This document shows, in pieces, positions 7,482 through 15,852 of a DNA stretch of 17,225 nucleotides. Location of the stretch: NCBI GenBank assembly GCA_038883795.1, contig JAVZLK010000034.1:1-17225 (forward strand), given 5' to 3'. The stretch's first letter is position 1. Every line of letters begins with the position of its first letter. This DNA comes from Candidatus Bathyarchaeia archaeon. GTDB lineage: Archaea; Thermoproteota; Bathyarchaeia; Bathyarchaeales; Bathycorpusculaceae. The notes below the pieces were generated by a model that was given only the letters and a program-made list of their open reading frames with translations, ran no database searches and had not been told where the DNA came from. The position numbers and the translations under genes are program-made.

Positions 7482-9437
7482 GTGAGGAGGATTGTTTTTG
7501 GAACAGCGTTAACGCTGATGGTTTTAGTTGGTATGGTAATGACTATTGATATTAACTTAGTCATGGGTGAGTGGACAGGAACGGTCTATATTAGGTATGA
7601 CGGAAGCGTTTATCCAGAAGACGCGCCGATTAGCACATCTGATAACATTACATATAGTTTAACCGATGACATATATGGTGGGATCGTGATTGAAAGGAAC
7701 AACATAATTGTTGATGGGTCCAGGTTTACAGTTTATGCCGAAGTTGTGGGCCTGGAAATCTATCAAAGGTCTAATGTGACGATTAAAAATTTCAACATTG
7801 TGAACGGTTATGACCCTGAGGCTGGACAGTTTCCAGAATGGCAGTTTGGTATACGCGTCTATGGATCATCACACATCAAGATTGTTGGAAATAATGCGAC
7901 GAAAAACCTGTTTTTCATATGGCTTGAAGATTCGCACCACAATGAGATAGTGGGAAATAGCGTATTCAAAAATTATGAAGCTATACGCCTCAACTATAGC
8001 TCATATAACGTTATTAGTCATAACAACATCTCCTATAACGAATGGGGCCTTATTCTTGACTGGCACAACACAAACAATAACATCACAGAAAACATAATCG
8101 GTAATAATTCCCGAACCGGGATAGAGCTTTACACCTCCTCAAATAACTTGATTTTGGAAAACCAAATAGTCTGGAACAATGATGGTGTCTGGATTGACTC
8201 ATCTAACAACAACAGAATACTTGAAAATAACATTGTAAATAATTCAGTGGGCATAACATTTAGTGATTCTTCTAGCAACACAATTTACCACAACAACTTC
8301 ATAAATAATTCACAACAAGTATTTGACTTCCACTGGACTTCACCATGGATCCCACCTTCAATAAACATGTGGAATAATACGTATCCGTCGGGCGGAAACT
8401 ATTGGAGCAACTACACAGGCGTTGATAATCTTAGCGGCCCAAACCAAGATCAACCAGGAAGCGATGGGATAGGGGATACCCCGCATACTATAGATGACAA
8501 TAATATAGACTATTACCCACTTATGAATCCTTGGGGCTTCCCGCCGCCTCCGCCTATTGTTGATGATGTCCCACCTGTGACCTCTCTGGTAATTGGAGAG
8601 CCCAAATTCGTTGTCGACGGAATGATATACTTGACTTCAGCTACTCCTATCCAGTTGATTGCTGAGGACAACCCAGGCGGTTCAGGCGTAGCCCTAACAG
8701 CCTACAGAATTTATAACAATACATATGATAGTGGATGGCTAATTTACAAGAGGCCTTTTTACTTGACAGAACTATCAGATGGTGCTTATAACATAGACTT
8801 TAACAGCACTGACAACGTCGGAAATGCGGAGCAAGCAAAAACCGCTACAATTATCCTTGACGATACTCCACCATCAACAGACATCATTGTCGGCGAGCCT
8901 AAATTCGTGGCCAACGTGATATATGTCACTCCGGAAACCCCGTTCGCGCTCTATGCAGATGACGACGCTGGATCAGGAGTCTATTCAACAGCCTACAGAA
9001 TCTACAACAGCACATACAATACTGGATGGACATTGTATTCCAGTCCTTTCTGCCTGACCGCATTATCCGACGGAGCCTACATCATTGAATACTACAGCAC
9101 AGACAAACTTGGAAACACCGAACCCACCAATTCAATTCAAATAACGTGGTTCTCATGGAATTACATATTCACCGACACCCAAGGCAGAGGGACGACCCTT
9201 AAAATTAACCTCGCTCACAAACTCTTCCAATTCATAACACCAGACAAGGATTACAGCATAAGACAAGCCTTCGCGATGCTCAAACTCGGAAGAGTATATA
9301 TGGTAGCACACTATGATGGCCAACTAGCGCTATCCGCCGTATTCATGAACACCAACATAGACTTCTGCATAACCACAGCATGGGATCTGCAGACAGGTAA
9401 ACATTACATATTACTAGACAAAATGGGAAAAGAGTAA
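7482..9437 (+). CDS. Secreted NosD/CASH parallel beta-helix protein with two Ig-like (OmpL47-type) repeats
   Basis: GTG start with GGAGG at 7469-7473; hydrophobic signal peptide; Asn-rich beta-helix repeats; GGNYWSNY.G.D...DGIGDTP..ID..N.D.YPLMNP NosD cap; poly-Pro linker; two D.PP.T...STD..GN.E repeats. Confidence 0.88.
   Translation: MRRIVFGTALTLMVLVGMVMTIDINLVMGEWTGTVYIRYDGSVYPEDAPISTSDNITYSLTDDIYGGIVIERNNIIVDGSRFTVYAEVVGLEIYQRSNVTIKNFNIVNGYDPEAGQFPEWQFGIRVYGSSHIKIVGNNATKNLFFIWLEDSHHNEIVGNSVFKNYEAIRLNYSSYNVISHNNISYNEWGLILDWHNTNNNITENIIGNNSRTGIELYTSSNNLILENQIVWNNDGVWIDSSNNNRILENNIVNNSVGITFSDSSSNTIYHNNFINNSQQVFDFHWTSPWIPPSINMWNNTYPSGGNYWSNYTGVDNLSGPNQDQPGSDGIGDTPHTIDDNNIDYYPLMNPWGFPPPPPIVDDVPPVTSLVIGEPKFVVDGMIYLTSATPIQLIAEDNPGGSGVALTAYRIYNNTYDSGWLIYKRPFYLTELSDGAYNIDFNSTDNVGNAEQAKTATIILDDTPPSTDIIVGEPKFVANVIYVTPETPFALYADDDAGSGVYSTAYRIYNSTYNTGWTLYSSPFCLTALSDGAYIIEYYSTDKLGNTEPTNSIQITWFSWNYIFTDTQGRGTTLKINLAHKLFQFITPDKDYSIRQAFAMLKLGRVYMVAHYDGQLALSAVFMNTNIDFCITTAWDLQTGKHYILLDKMGKE
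8562..9149 (+). repeat. Intragenic tandem duplication of a ~98 aa Ig-like domain (8562-8858 and 8859-~9149)
   Basis: Shared blocks DD.PP.T, GEPKFV, GSGV..TAYRIYN.TY..GW, PF.LT.LSDGAY.I, STD..GN.E. Confidence 0.85.
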
Positions 9438-9520
9438 AAATACTTCGCTTTCACTCCCCACATTTTTCTACAAAATGAAAATCGTAAAAATTTAATCATC
9501 TCTATGTTAAGGAAACGTTG

Positions 9521-9548
9521 TGTTCTGTTAATCATCGCTAACAGAAAG
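9521..9548 (+). repeat. 28-bp 11-6-11 quasi-palindromic site B (Xer/dif-like site or operator)
   Basis: TGTTCTGTTAA-TCATCG-CTAACAGAAAG; perfect 8-bp inverted arms TTCTGTTA/TAACAGAA; lies between two convergent gene 3' ends. Confidence 0.8.
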
Positions 9549-9603
9549 TTTAAATATAAAGAGATGTTACCTGATCGTTACTCGTTGCTTTCACTTTTTA
9601 ATC

Positions 9604-10479
9604 TCACTTATCCATATAAAACCAAATTTTGTTTCCAGTTAAGAAATCTTCCCTCTCTTTTTTAGTTGTTTTCTTAATCGTAAATTCGCAGTAATCGTCG
9701 CCGCTGGGAATAGCTTTGGTGTGTACAAGCTTATAGTTCGGATTGTACGCTATGTATTTTGCTACATCCACATAACAGTATAATCGGCCTAACTTTTCTT
9801 CCCCATATTCTTTCCATAGTTTTGCAAGTACACAATCATAAGCTCTGATTCGCGATTCGCCATCAACATTGACTATTTCAATTTTAGAGTGCATGCCAAA
9901 TTTTGGTACTCTAAGCGATTCCCCTGCGTCAAAGTTTTCAGGCGTTAAGCTTAAACCCTTTGCTTTCACCTCCTCACGAGTTCTTTCCCCTATTCGAATA
10001 CCATAATCCTTTATAGCCTTAGCTATAATTTCAAGCCCTTTTTCTTCTCCAAGTTTTTCTATAATGGTTTTGGCATATGAAAGATGTAGAAGAGCTATTC
10101 TTCTGCTTGTTATTTCTATTTCCTTTTTTGCTTCGCTTAGGGGGATTGTTTCGTCCCTTTTAGGCACTGTGTATACAAGATCCCTAATTACCTGAAATTT
10201 GGATGGAGGTTCAATGGTTACGTCTCCCTGCACAATGGTCTGACAAGCAAGAGAAGCTTTGCCGTTAATCATTAGAGTGCATCGTCCGCATACTCCGCGC
10301 CTACACGCCGTGTGGCTATAATAGGCTAAAGTGCTGTCCACATTCTTATAAATGTAGTCTAAGACATCCATTAAACTCATTCCATCTTCCAATGGAACCT
10401 TGTAAATTGTGTAATATGGTTTATCATCAACATCTGGATTAAACCTCAATATTTTAACCTCAAAATTTTTTTCTTTCAT
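9604..10479 (-). CDS. Fusion of SdhB/FrdB-type 2Fe-2S domain and L-2-amino-thiazoline-4-carboxylate (ATC) hydrolase-like domain
   Basis: N-term ILRFNP...Y.VP...MSLMDVL, CRRGVCGRC, ING..SLAC, IRDL; C-term YG.RIGE, YDCVLAKLW, LYCYVD, GDDYCEF; no 4Fe-4S/3Fe-4S domain. Confidence 0.8.
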   Translation of the reverse strand: MKEKNFEVKILRFNPDVDDKPYYTIYKVPLEDGMSLMDVLDYIYKNVDSTLAYYSHTACRRGVCGRCTLMINGKASLACQTIVQGDVTIEPPSKFQVIRDLVYTVPKRDETIPLSEAKKEIEITSRRIALLHLSYAKTIIEKLGEEKGLEIIAKAIKDYGIRIGERTREEVKAKGLSLTPENFDAGESLRVPKFGMHSKIEIVNVDGESRIRAYDCVLAKLWKEYGEEKLGRLYCYVDVAKYIAYNPNYKLVHTKAIPSGDDYCEFTIKKTTKKEREDFLTGNKIWFYMDK

Positions 10480-10489
10480 TTTAATTCGC

Positions 10490-12271
10490 CTACTTGCATT
10501 TTTCTATGGCATTTAAAATCGCATCCTCAAAGCTCATTATTCCTTTAGGGGGCTCAATTTTTGTTGTTGTAATTGGATAAAATTTTGTCTGTATATTTTC
10601 GCCTCTTTTTTCAATCACAATCTCTTTTAACCAGTTGTTATTGTTGACGTTAGGATGGTCTATACGGTAATGAACCCCGCGGCTTTCCTTACGCATGAGC
10701 GCGGATTTGGCTGAAATTTCCAACACTTGCAGAATATTTTCTAGCTCCAAAGCTTCAATCCACTCTTTGTTATATTTTTGAACTTTTGCAGTGACGCGTA
10801 TTTTTGGCAGTTCATTTTGCCTTATTTTTTGAAGTTGCTCAAGGGCCTCTTTCAGACTTTTTCTGTCTCTAACGACTCCAATGCTCTGTTGTGCAATATG
10901 CTGAATCTTCCTTTTAACCTCTATGGGTTTGACTCCAATTTTTCTATTTAAAGGAGCGAAATTTTTCTCTTTAAATTTCTTAACCTGCCTTAAATTAACA
11001 TCGATGCTTTGCACCTTCTTTACGTATTCTGCGGCGTATTTGCCCGCTATTGCACCTTGTACAAGTATTTCGGTAGTAGCGGCAACAACTCGATTGGCGC
11101 CAAATAAGCCACCGCCGCATTCTCCGGCTGCGTAAAGCCCACTCAAATTTGTTTCGCACTTTTCATTTATTTTTATGCCGCCTTCAAAGTAGTGTGCTGC
11201 CGGCCCCACCTCTACGAGTTCTCCATTGAGCATTTTTTCAATTAGATTAACGTAGTGTGTTCCTTGAAATTTCCAATTAGGCATGAGTTCAAAGGCTTCG
11301 CTTTTTTCCAGTTCGTTCTTTGTTAAATCTTTGAGAGAAAAGTATACACCACCATGAGGAGATCCTTTTCTCTGCCTTATTTCAAAAGTTGAAAATAAAG
11401 AAAGTAACAATTTATTCCATTCAGTTTTCGTTGCCAATTCGACTATACTTGGATTGTATTTCTCTAAAAACTTCTCTCCTATACCATTAAGAAGAGTCCC
11501 ACAAAACATTCCAAGCACATAAAGAAAGATGCTCCCTCGATAAATCTGTGGCCATATAATTACATTAGGGCAAAAGGTGACCATCTCCATATTTACAAGC
11601 TCTGCTCCAGCTCTGTATGCCATTGCCTGTCCGTCGCCTGAAAGTCCTTCAGATCCTGTATTAAATAAGTAAGCTGTGTGCCAGCCACCAGTAGCTAAAA
11701 CAACCGCTTTGGACTTTAATACAATAAAATCGCCAGTGGTTATATCTACTCCAACAGCACCAATAACTCTGTCCTTTTTTGTTAAAAGGTCCGTAATCAT
11801 AACATCTTCAATTATTTCAACATCATGTTTTCGTACTTCTCTCGATAAAACTCTCATTATTTCAATTCCAGTAGTATTAATCTCTCTTTTTCCGCTAGAA
11901 TAAACTTTAAGACCCCAGTCAAGAAGCTCTTTTACTCTATTCGGTGCATCGGAAACGTAAACTTCTACTAGCCTTTGGTTATTTAGATAGAAGCCTTGTA
12001 CAATTATATCTCTAAAGAATTTATCCTTGCTGTCTTCGGGGTCGCCATCAAATCCCAACTCATGTAAACTTTTTCCGTCAAGTGTTATATCGGCACCTGC
12101 CATTATTGTAACCCCTGATTTAGCAATTTTTCCCTTGCTGACAATTGTAACATCCACACAATGTTCTGCTGCTTCTATTGCCGCCCTAGAACCTGCCCCT
12201 TCGCTTCCAATAACTAAAACATCGGTGTCAATAACTCTGTCAGCCACATTATTAATATTTGACATAATCAT
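10490..12271 (-). CDS. FAD-dependent oxidoreductase, SdhA/FrdA/NadB flavoprotein family (non-canonical active site)
   Basis: DVLVIGSEGAG, AVVLATGG, SGDG.AMAYRAGA, HYFEGGI, GLYAAGE, GANR, R.ESRG.HYR.DHP. Confidence 0.88.
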   Translation of the reverse strand: MIMSNINNVADRVIDTDVLVIGSEGAGSRAAIEAAEHCVDVTIVSKGKIAKSGVTIMAGADITLDGKSLHELGFDGDPEDSKDKFFRDIIVQGFYLNNQRLVEVYVSDAPNRVKELLDWGLKVYSSGKREINTTGIEIMRVLSREVRKHDVEIIEDVMITDLLTKKDRVIGAVGVDITTGDFIVLKSKAVVLATGGWHTAYLFNTGSEGLSGDGQAMAYRAGAELVNMEMVTFCPNVIIWPQIYRGSIFLYVLGMFCGTLLNGIGEKFLEKYNPSIVELATKTEWNKLLLSLFSTFEIRQRKGSPHGGVYFSLKDLTKNELEKSEAFELMPNWKFQGTHYVNLIEKMLNGELVEVGPAAHYFEGGIKINEKCETNLSGLYAAGECGGGLFGANRVVAATTEILVQGAIAGKYAAEYVKKVQSIDVNLRQVKKFKEKNFAPLNRKIGVKPIEVKRKIQHIAQQSIGVVRDRKSLKEALEQLQKIRQNELPKIRVTAKVQKYNKEWIEALELENILQVLEISAKSALMRKESRGVHYRIDHPNVNNNNWLKEIVIEKRGENIQTKFYPITTTKIEPPKGIMSFEDAILNAIEKCK

Positions 12272-12304
12272 GACCTTACTCGATTTTAGTAAATTTGTAG
12301 ACTT

Positions 12305-13069
12305 TTAAAATTTTTGTTTTTCATTTATTTCTGGAAGTTGATACCATTGTCTTTTTTCACCGATGATTGCTCTAGTTTTCCACGCAAGAGATTTAGGTTC
12401 TTTTTCGATGATTTCAAGCAGGAAACTACATTTATCCTTCAGATTTACCTTAATTTGGGCATTTTTTTGATCGAGGCATTTCTCAAGATAACGCAACACT
12501 CTATTAACATTCATTGTAAAGGTTTTGTAGATTCCCCAATTGTCAGAGCAAAGCTTGGCTATATATTTAGCGTTGATTTTTTCCCGGTCATTATCAGTAT
12601 CCGAAAGCTCATGGTCGTTTAGCAGAAATATAATATCCTTTAAGTCTTTTTCATCTAACTGGACTATTTGCAGCTTTGTTATTAATAAGTCTGATACTGA
12701 AAGTGTTGGAAAGTCAAGTTTTAACCTTTTTCTAAAGTCAAACTGGTGGCACATCGAAAATTTGTCTAGAAAGATATCAACTCTTATTTCACCTTTGTTA
12801 TATATAAGTCTCTCTGATCCATGAAATGCGTTAAAATTTTCGTCAGGCGTATATTCAAGGTTCTCAAAAATTTTCTCAATCTTGTTTTTTTCTTTTGAAT
12901 ATCCAACGAAATCGATATCGGTGAGAGCTCGCGGTATCACCTGTCTTTTAGCAGTTTCAGAATGTAACCTGATTGCTATTGAACCAAGTAATCTTAAAGT
13001 TACGTTGCTTTCTTCAGCCGAATTCAAGATTTTATATACTTCAGATAAGAAACTTTCGTCGCCCACCAT
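12305..13069 (-). CDS. Nucleotidyltransferase-fold protein (uncharacterised)
   Basis: LLGSIAIRLH...RALTDIDF (hG[GS]...DxD) and third acidic residue in RVDIF; C-terminal LLITKLQ...KDLKD. Confidence 0.65.
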   Translation of the reverse strand: MVGDESFLSEVYKILNSAEESNVTLRLLGSIAIRLHSETAKRQVIPRALTDIDFVGYSKEKNKIEKIFENLEYTPDENFNAFHGSERLIYNKGEIRVDIFLDKFSMCHQFDFRKRLKLDFPTLSVSDLLITKLQIVQLDEKDLKDIIFLLNDHELSDTDNDREKINAKYIAKLCSDNWGIYKTFTMNVNRVLRYLEKCLDQKNAQIKVNLKDKCSFLLEIIEKEPKSLAWKTRAIIGEKRQWYQLPEINEKQKF

Positions 13070-13072
13070 GAA

Positions 13073-14032
13073 TTATCCCTCAACCCGGTAGTATCTAATT
13101 ATTTTTTCTTTATCAACGTCTATTATGTATCCTCGAAGTATGCCTTCACTGTATTCGCTTCCAGGATTAAGGCAAAGGGTTCTTCCAATGTAGATGTCTC
13201 CTGGAGACTCATGTATGTGACCAAAAAGTCCGAGTTTGGGCTGGTGCTTTTCTATAGCCTGACGTACAGCCGTGCTTCCTACTGGAACCTTAAGTATTTC
13301 TCCTCCTATGATAACTGGTTGGAGTTCCTCGTTTAATTTTGGCGCCAAGTCTAATCCAGAGTTAAAAGGTGGGCAATGAAAATTGAAAATACAGTTGTTA
13401 ATATTTTTCACTTTTGACACCATATTCTCGATTTTTTGACTCAGTTCGTCTTCTGGGAACTCGCCATGTGTCCGCCAAGGGGTTATGTTTGTTGCACCCA
13501 TACTGATCATTTCATGGAAATCGTCTAACATTACAACATCGTATTCAGGATAAATTATGATGCTTGAACGTTTTAGGACATCGATGATTTTTGGGTCATC
13601 ATCATTCCCCGGAATCATAAAAAATTTGACCTTTCTGTCTTTTAAGCGCTCTTCAGCTAATCGGACCCACTCTTCCATTCTTTTGGTTATGAGACTGGAA
13701 AATATGTTTAAAAATTTTTCCTTGTCCTTTTTAAGCTCTTCAAATTCATTGGTGTCAGTTATATATGGGTAATATCCGCAATCAGAAATCTGCTTAACTA
13801 CTTCTTGAAGCCTGTTTTCTGAACTGATTGAAATATCTGAACCCAAAAATCTTGTTTTAAAGACGCTGTCAGTTTTTTTAATGATTGGGACAATTACTTT
13901 CCCTGTAAGATCACCGCTTACGATAACAACCGACGCGTGATAAATATCATACTTAACTACATTTAGAATTTTTCTAAAGCAGATTTCTGATCCGTGTATA
14001 TCGCAACAGTAATAGATTCTGGTATGCACCAA
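13073..14032 (-). CDS. Calcineurin-like metallophosphoesterase (Icc-related)
   Basis: TTG start; motifs DIHG, GDLT, GNDD, HCPP, GHIHE, LNPGS. Confidence 0.88.
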   Translation of the reverse strand: MVHTRIYYCCDIHGSEICFRKILNVVKYDIYHASVVIVSGDLTGKVIVPIIKKTDSVFKTRFLGSDISISSENRLQEVVKQISDCGYYPYITDTNEFEELKKDKEKFLNIFSSLITKRMEEWVRLAEERLKDRKVKFFMIPGNDDDPKIIDVLKRSSIIIYPEYDVVMLDDFHEMISMGATNITPWRTHGEFPEDELSQKIENMVSKVKNINNCIFNFHCPPFNSGLDLAPKLNEELQPVIIGGEILKVPVGSTAVRQAIEKHQPKLGLFGHIHESPGDIYIGRTLCLNPGSEYSEGILRGYIIDVDKEKIIRYYRVEG

Positions 14033-14079
14033 TGTTGGAATTCCCTTCCAATAGAGAAAAAAGGTAAGGTATAAAAGGC

Positions 14080-15687
14080 TTATTCTGGAGGAATCAATTT
14101 GAACATTTTATCAAATTCTATGCCTTTCTTTATGTTCCATGCGCGAACGGAGTAGTATATGATTATCCCAGCTATTACTACGACCAGTGTGGCAATTAGT
14201 CCTGTTGTTACTGCCCATGACCAAAGAGACATTTCAGGGGTTATGGGAGCAGATCCATATACGCCAGCTATAAGATACACTGGGAGTATCCATGCCAGCT
14301 GAAGTACTCCTAATGGAATGAAGACCTTTTTCCATGGCACTGATCTATAAAGATCTGGGCGTCTCTTTTTCATGACTATCGGAATTATCCCCGGGAATAT
14401 TAATGAAGTTGACATTAAAAGTGTTGTCCATAGGGCGTATGAAACAGGGTTTACCCCTGCAATAGTTGTCGCAAAGAATATTATCCCAATTAAGCCTTCT
14501 AATATGAAGATTTTCATTGGTTGGTGTAGTCTAGGATGAACATCCGCGAGGGTTTTTGGAATCATTCTATCTATTCCCCAAGCGAAGATTTGCCTGTTAA
14601 TGTAAACCATGCTTGCCGGTATGCAAAGCCAAGTACCAAAAACTCCAGCTATACCCGCGATAAACCATAATGGCCATAGATTGGGGGTTCCAATGGTACA
14701 TATTAGTGCGTTGATAGGAGGTAAACCGAATGGAGCAGCGTCAGTATTCCAGAACAAGTAGCTCCAAGCTATGATGTTTTTGTACCCAAAGCCAGTTAAT
14801 ATAAGCCAAACAAAAGGTATTTGGTACAGCATAAAGAAAGTTAAAGACCCAATTATTGAAATTGTTAAGCCTTTTTTCACATCACCTTTTATTTCACCAC
14901 TTATCGTCGCTGAATATTGATAACCGCCTATTACAAAAAGTACGTATCCCAATAGCCCTATCAGAGAATTAAATGTTAGAGTTTCATTTGGATTCCAGCC
15001 ATTCTCAATGGCCTTGCTTACCAACGCAGTTGTTGAATAGCCTACGTATTGCTGAAAATTTGTTTCAAACGCAGATGCCCCTGCGATCACTCCTATAATT
15101 GTCAAAATCAAGCCTATAATGCTAAACACTGCAAGTACTGACAAAATTGTATAATATTTTCTTGGAGGCAACATGCATAGAATCATTGCAAAGACAATTG
15201 TAAAGATGCCTAAAACCCACACAAGTGGCGACTGAGTAATATAGCCAAATGGGCCTTGCAAAATGCCCACAATTGCCAACACGTCGAACAATTGCTTCAG
15301 ATTTCTAACAGTTACCCACGCCATCCATCCCCAAACTGGAATCCATGACCAGACTATCATCCATGAGTTTATAAAACCCCAAAATGGGCCTAGTATCCTC
15401 GCAGGTATAACATAATCGGCACCACTCCGCGGCATAGGTGTCGTAAATTGAATATAAAGTATCGCTGTTATATAGCTCAATAGTCCGATCAATAGACAAA
15501 CAAGCAAAAACGGCGGCCACCCAAGAATAAGACCGGCAGGAAAAAGTCCAAGATAGGCAACAGACCACGCAAATTTACTGCCCATTATATTCGCGATATT
15601 GAAAAATGCTGCTTTAGTAGCACTTGCTTCCTTGATCAATCCAGAAGCTTTTCTTGCAAACAATTTTTCCTCTTTTTCTTGAGCCAT
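14080..15687 (-). CDS. APC-family amino acid/amine permease
   Basis: About 12 hydrophobic segments; F.RKASGL..E N-terminus, MPRSGADY, GEIK, R.IFAWG.DR.IP, C-terminal IPPE; GGTGA SD upstream. Confidence 0.88.
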   Translation of the reverse strand: MAQEKEEKLFARKASGLIKEASATKAAFFNIANIMGSKFAWSVAYLGLFPAGLILGWPPFLLVCLLIGLLSYITAILYIQFTTPMPRSGADYVIPARILGPFWGFINSWMIVWSWIPVWGWMAWVTVRNLKQLFDVLAIVGILQGPFGYITQSPLVWVLGIFTIVFAMILCMLPPRKYYTILSVLAVFSIIGLILTIIGVIAGASAFETNFQQYVGYSTTALVSKAIENGWNPNETLTFNSLIGLLGYVLFVIGGYQYSATISGEIKGDVKKGLTISIIGSLTFFMLYQIPFVWLILTGFGYKNIIAWSYLFWNTDAAPFGLPPINALICTIGTPNLWPLWFIAGIAGVFGTWLCIPASMVYINRQIFAWGIDRMIPKTLADVHPRLHQPMKIFILEGLIGIIFFATTIAGVNPVSYALWTTLLMSTSLIFPGIIPIVMKKRRPDLYRSVPWKKVFIPLGVLQLAWILPVYLIAGVYGSAPITPEMSLWSWAVTTGLIATLVVVIAGIIIYYSVRAWNIKKGIEFDKMFKLIPPE

Positions 15688-15723
15688 ATATTTTATTCAC
15701 CGGATTTTGAGTTACTATCATAA

Positions 15724-15739
15724 CTTTAAAAAACTTTCT
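15724..15739 (-). promoter_or_regulatory. BRE/TATA promoter of the minus-strand operon
   Basis: Minus strand AGAAAG-TTTTTTAAAG, ~37 nt upstream of the permease ATG, leaving a short leader that contains GGTGA. Confidence 0.6.
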
Positions 15740-15852
15740 ATCTAAGACGATCTCCTATATCTACGTGTCAAGAAAACAAGCTTTACATATGGAATAAATG
15801 TAAATGCCAATTCATATTAAAATTGCACATTGAACCTAACAACGCTGGTTAT

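Noticed and set aside
9441-9600. Short direct repeat GCTTTCACT at ~9447 and ~9587
   Set aside because: Only 9 bp in pyrimidine-rich, terminator-like sequence; plausible by chance.
9604-12271. Annotation as canonical sdhAB/frdAB/tfrAB
   Set aside because: Dicarboxylate-binding residues are altered, the B subunit lacks its 4Fe-4S/3Fe-4S domain, and no anchor subunits are present.
10923-15568. Short + strand and alternative-frame ORFs within the minus-strand operon
   Set aside because: Shadows of motif-bearing genes; no independent signals.
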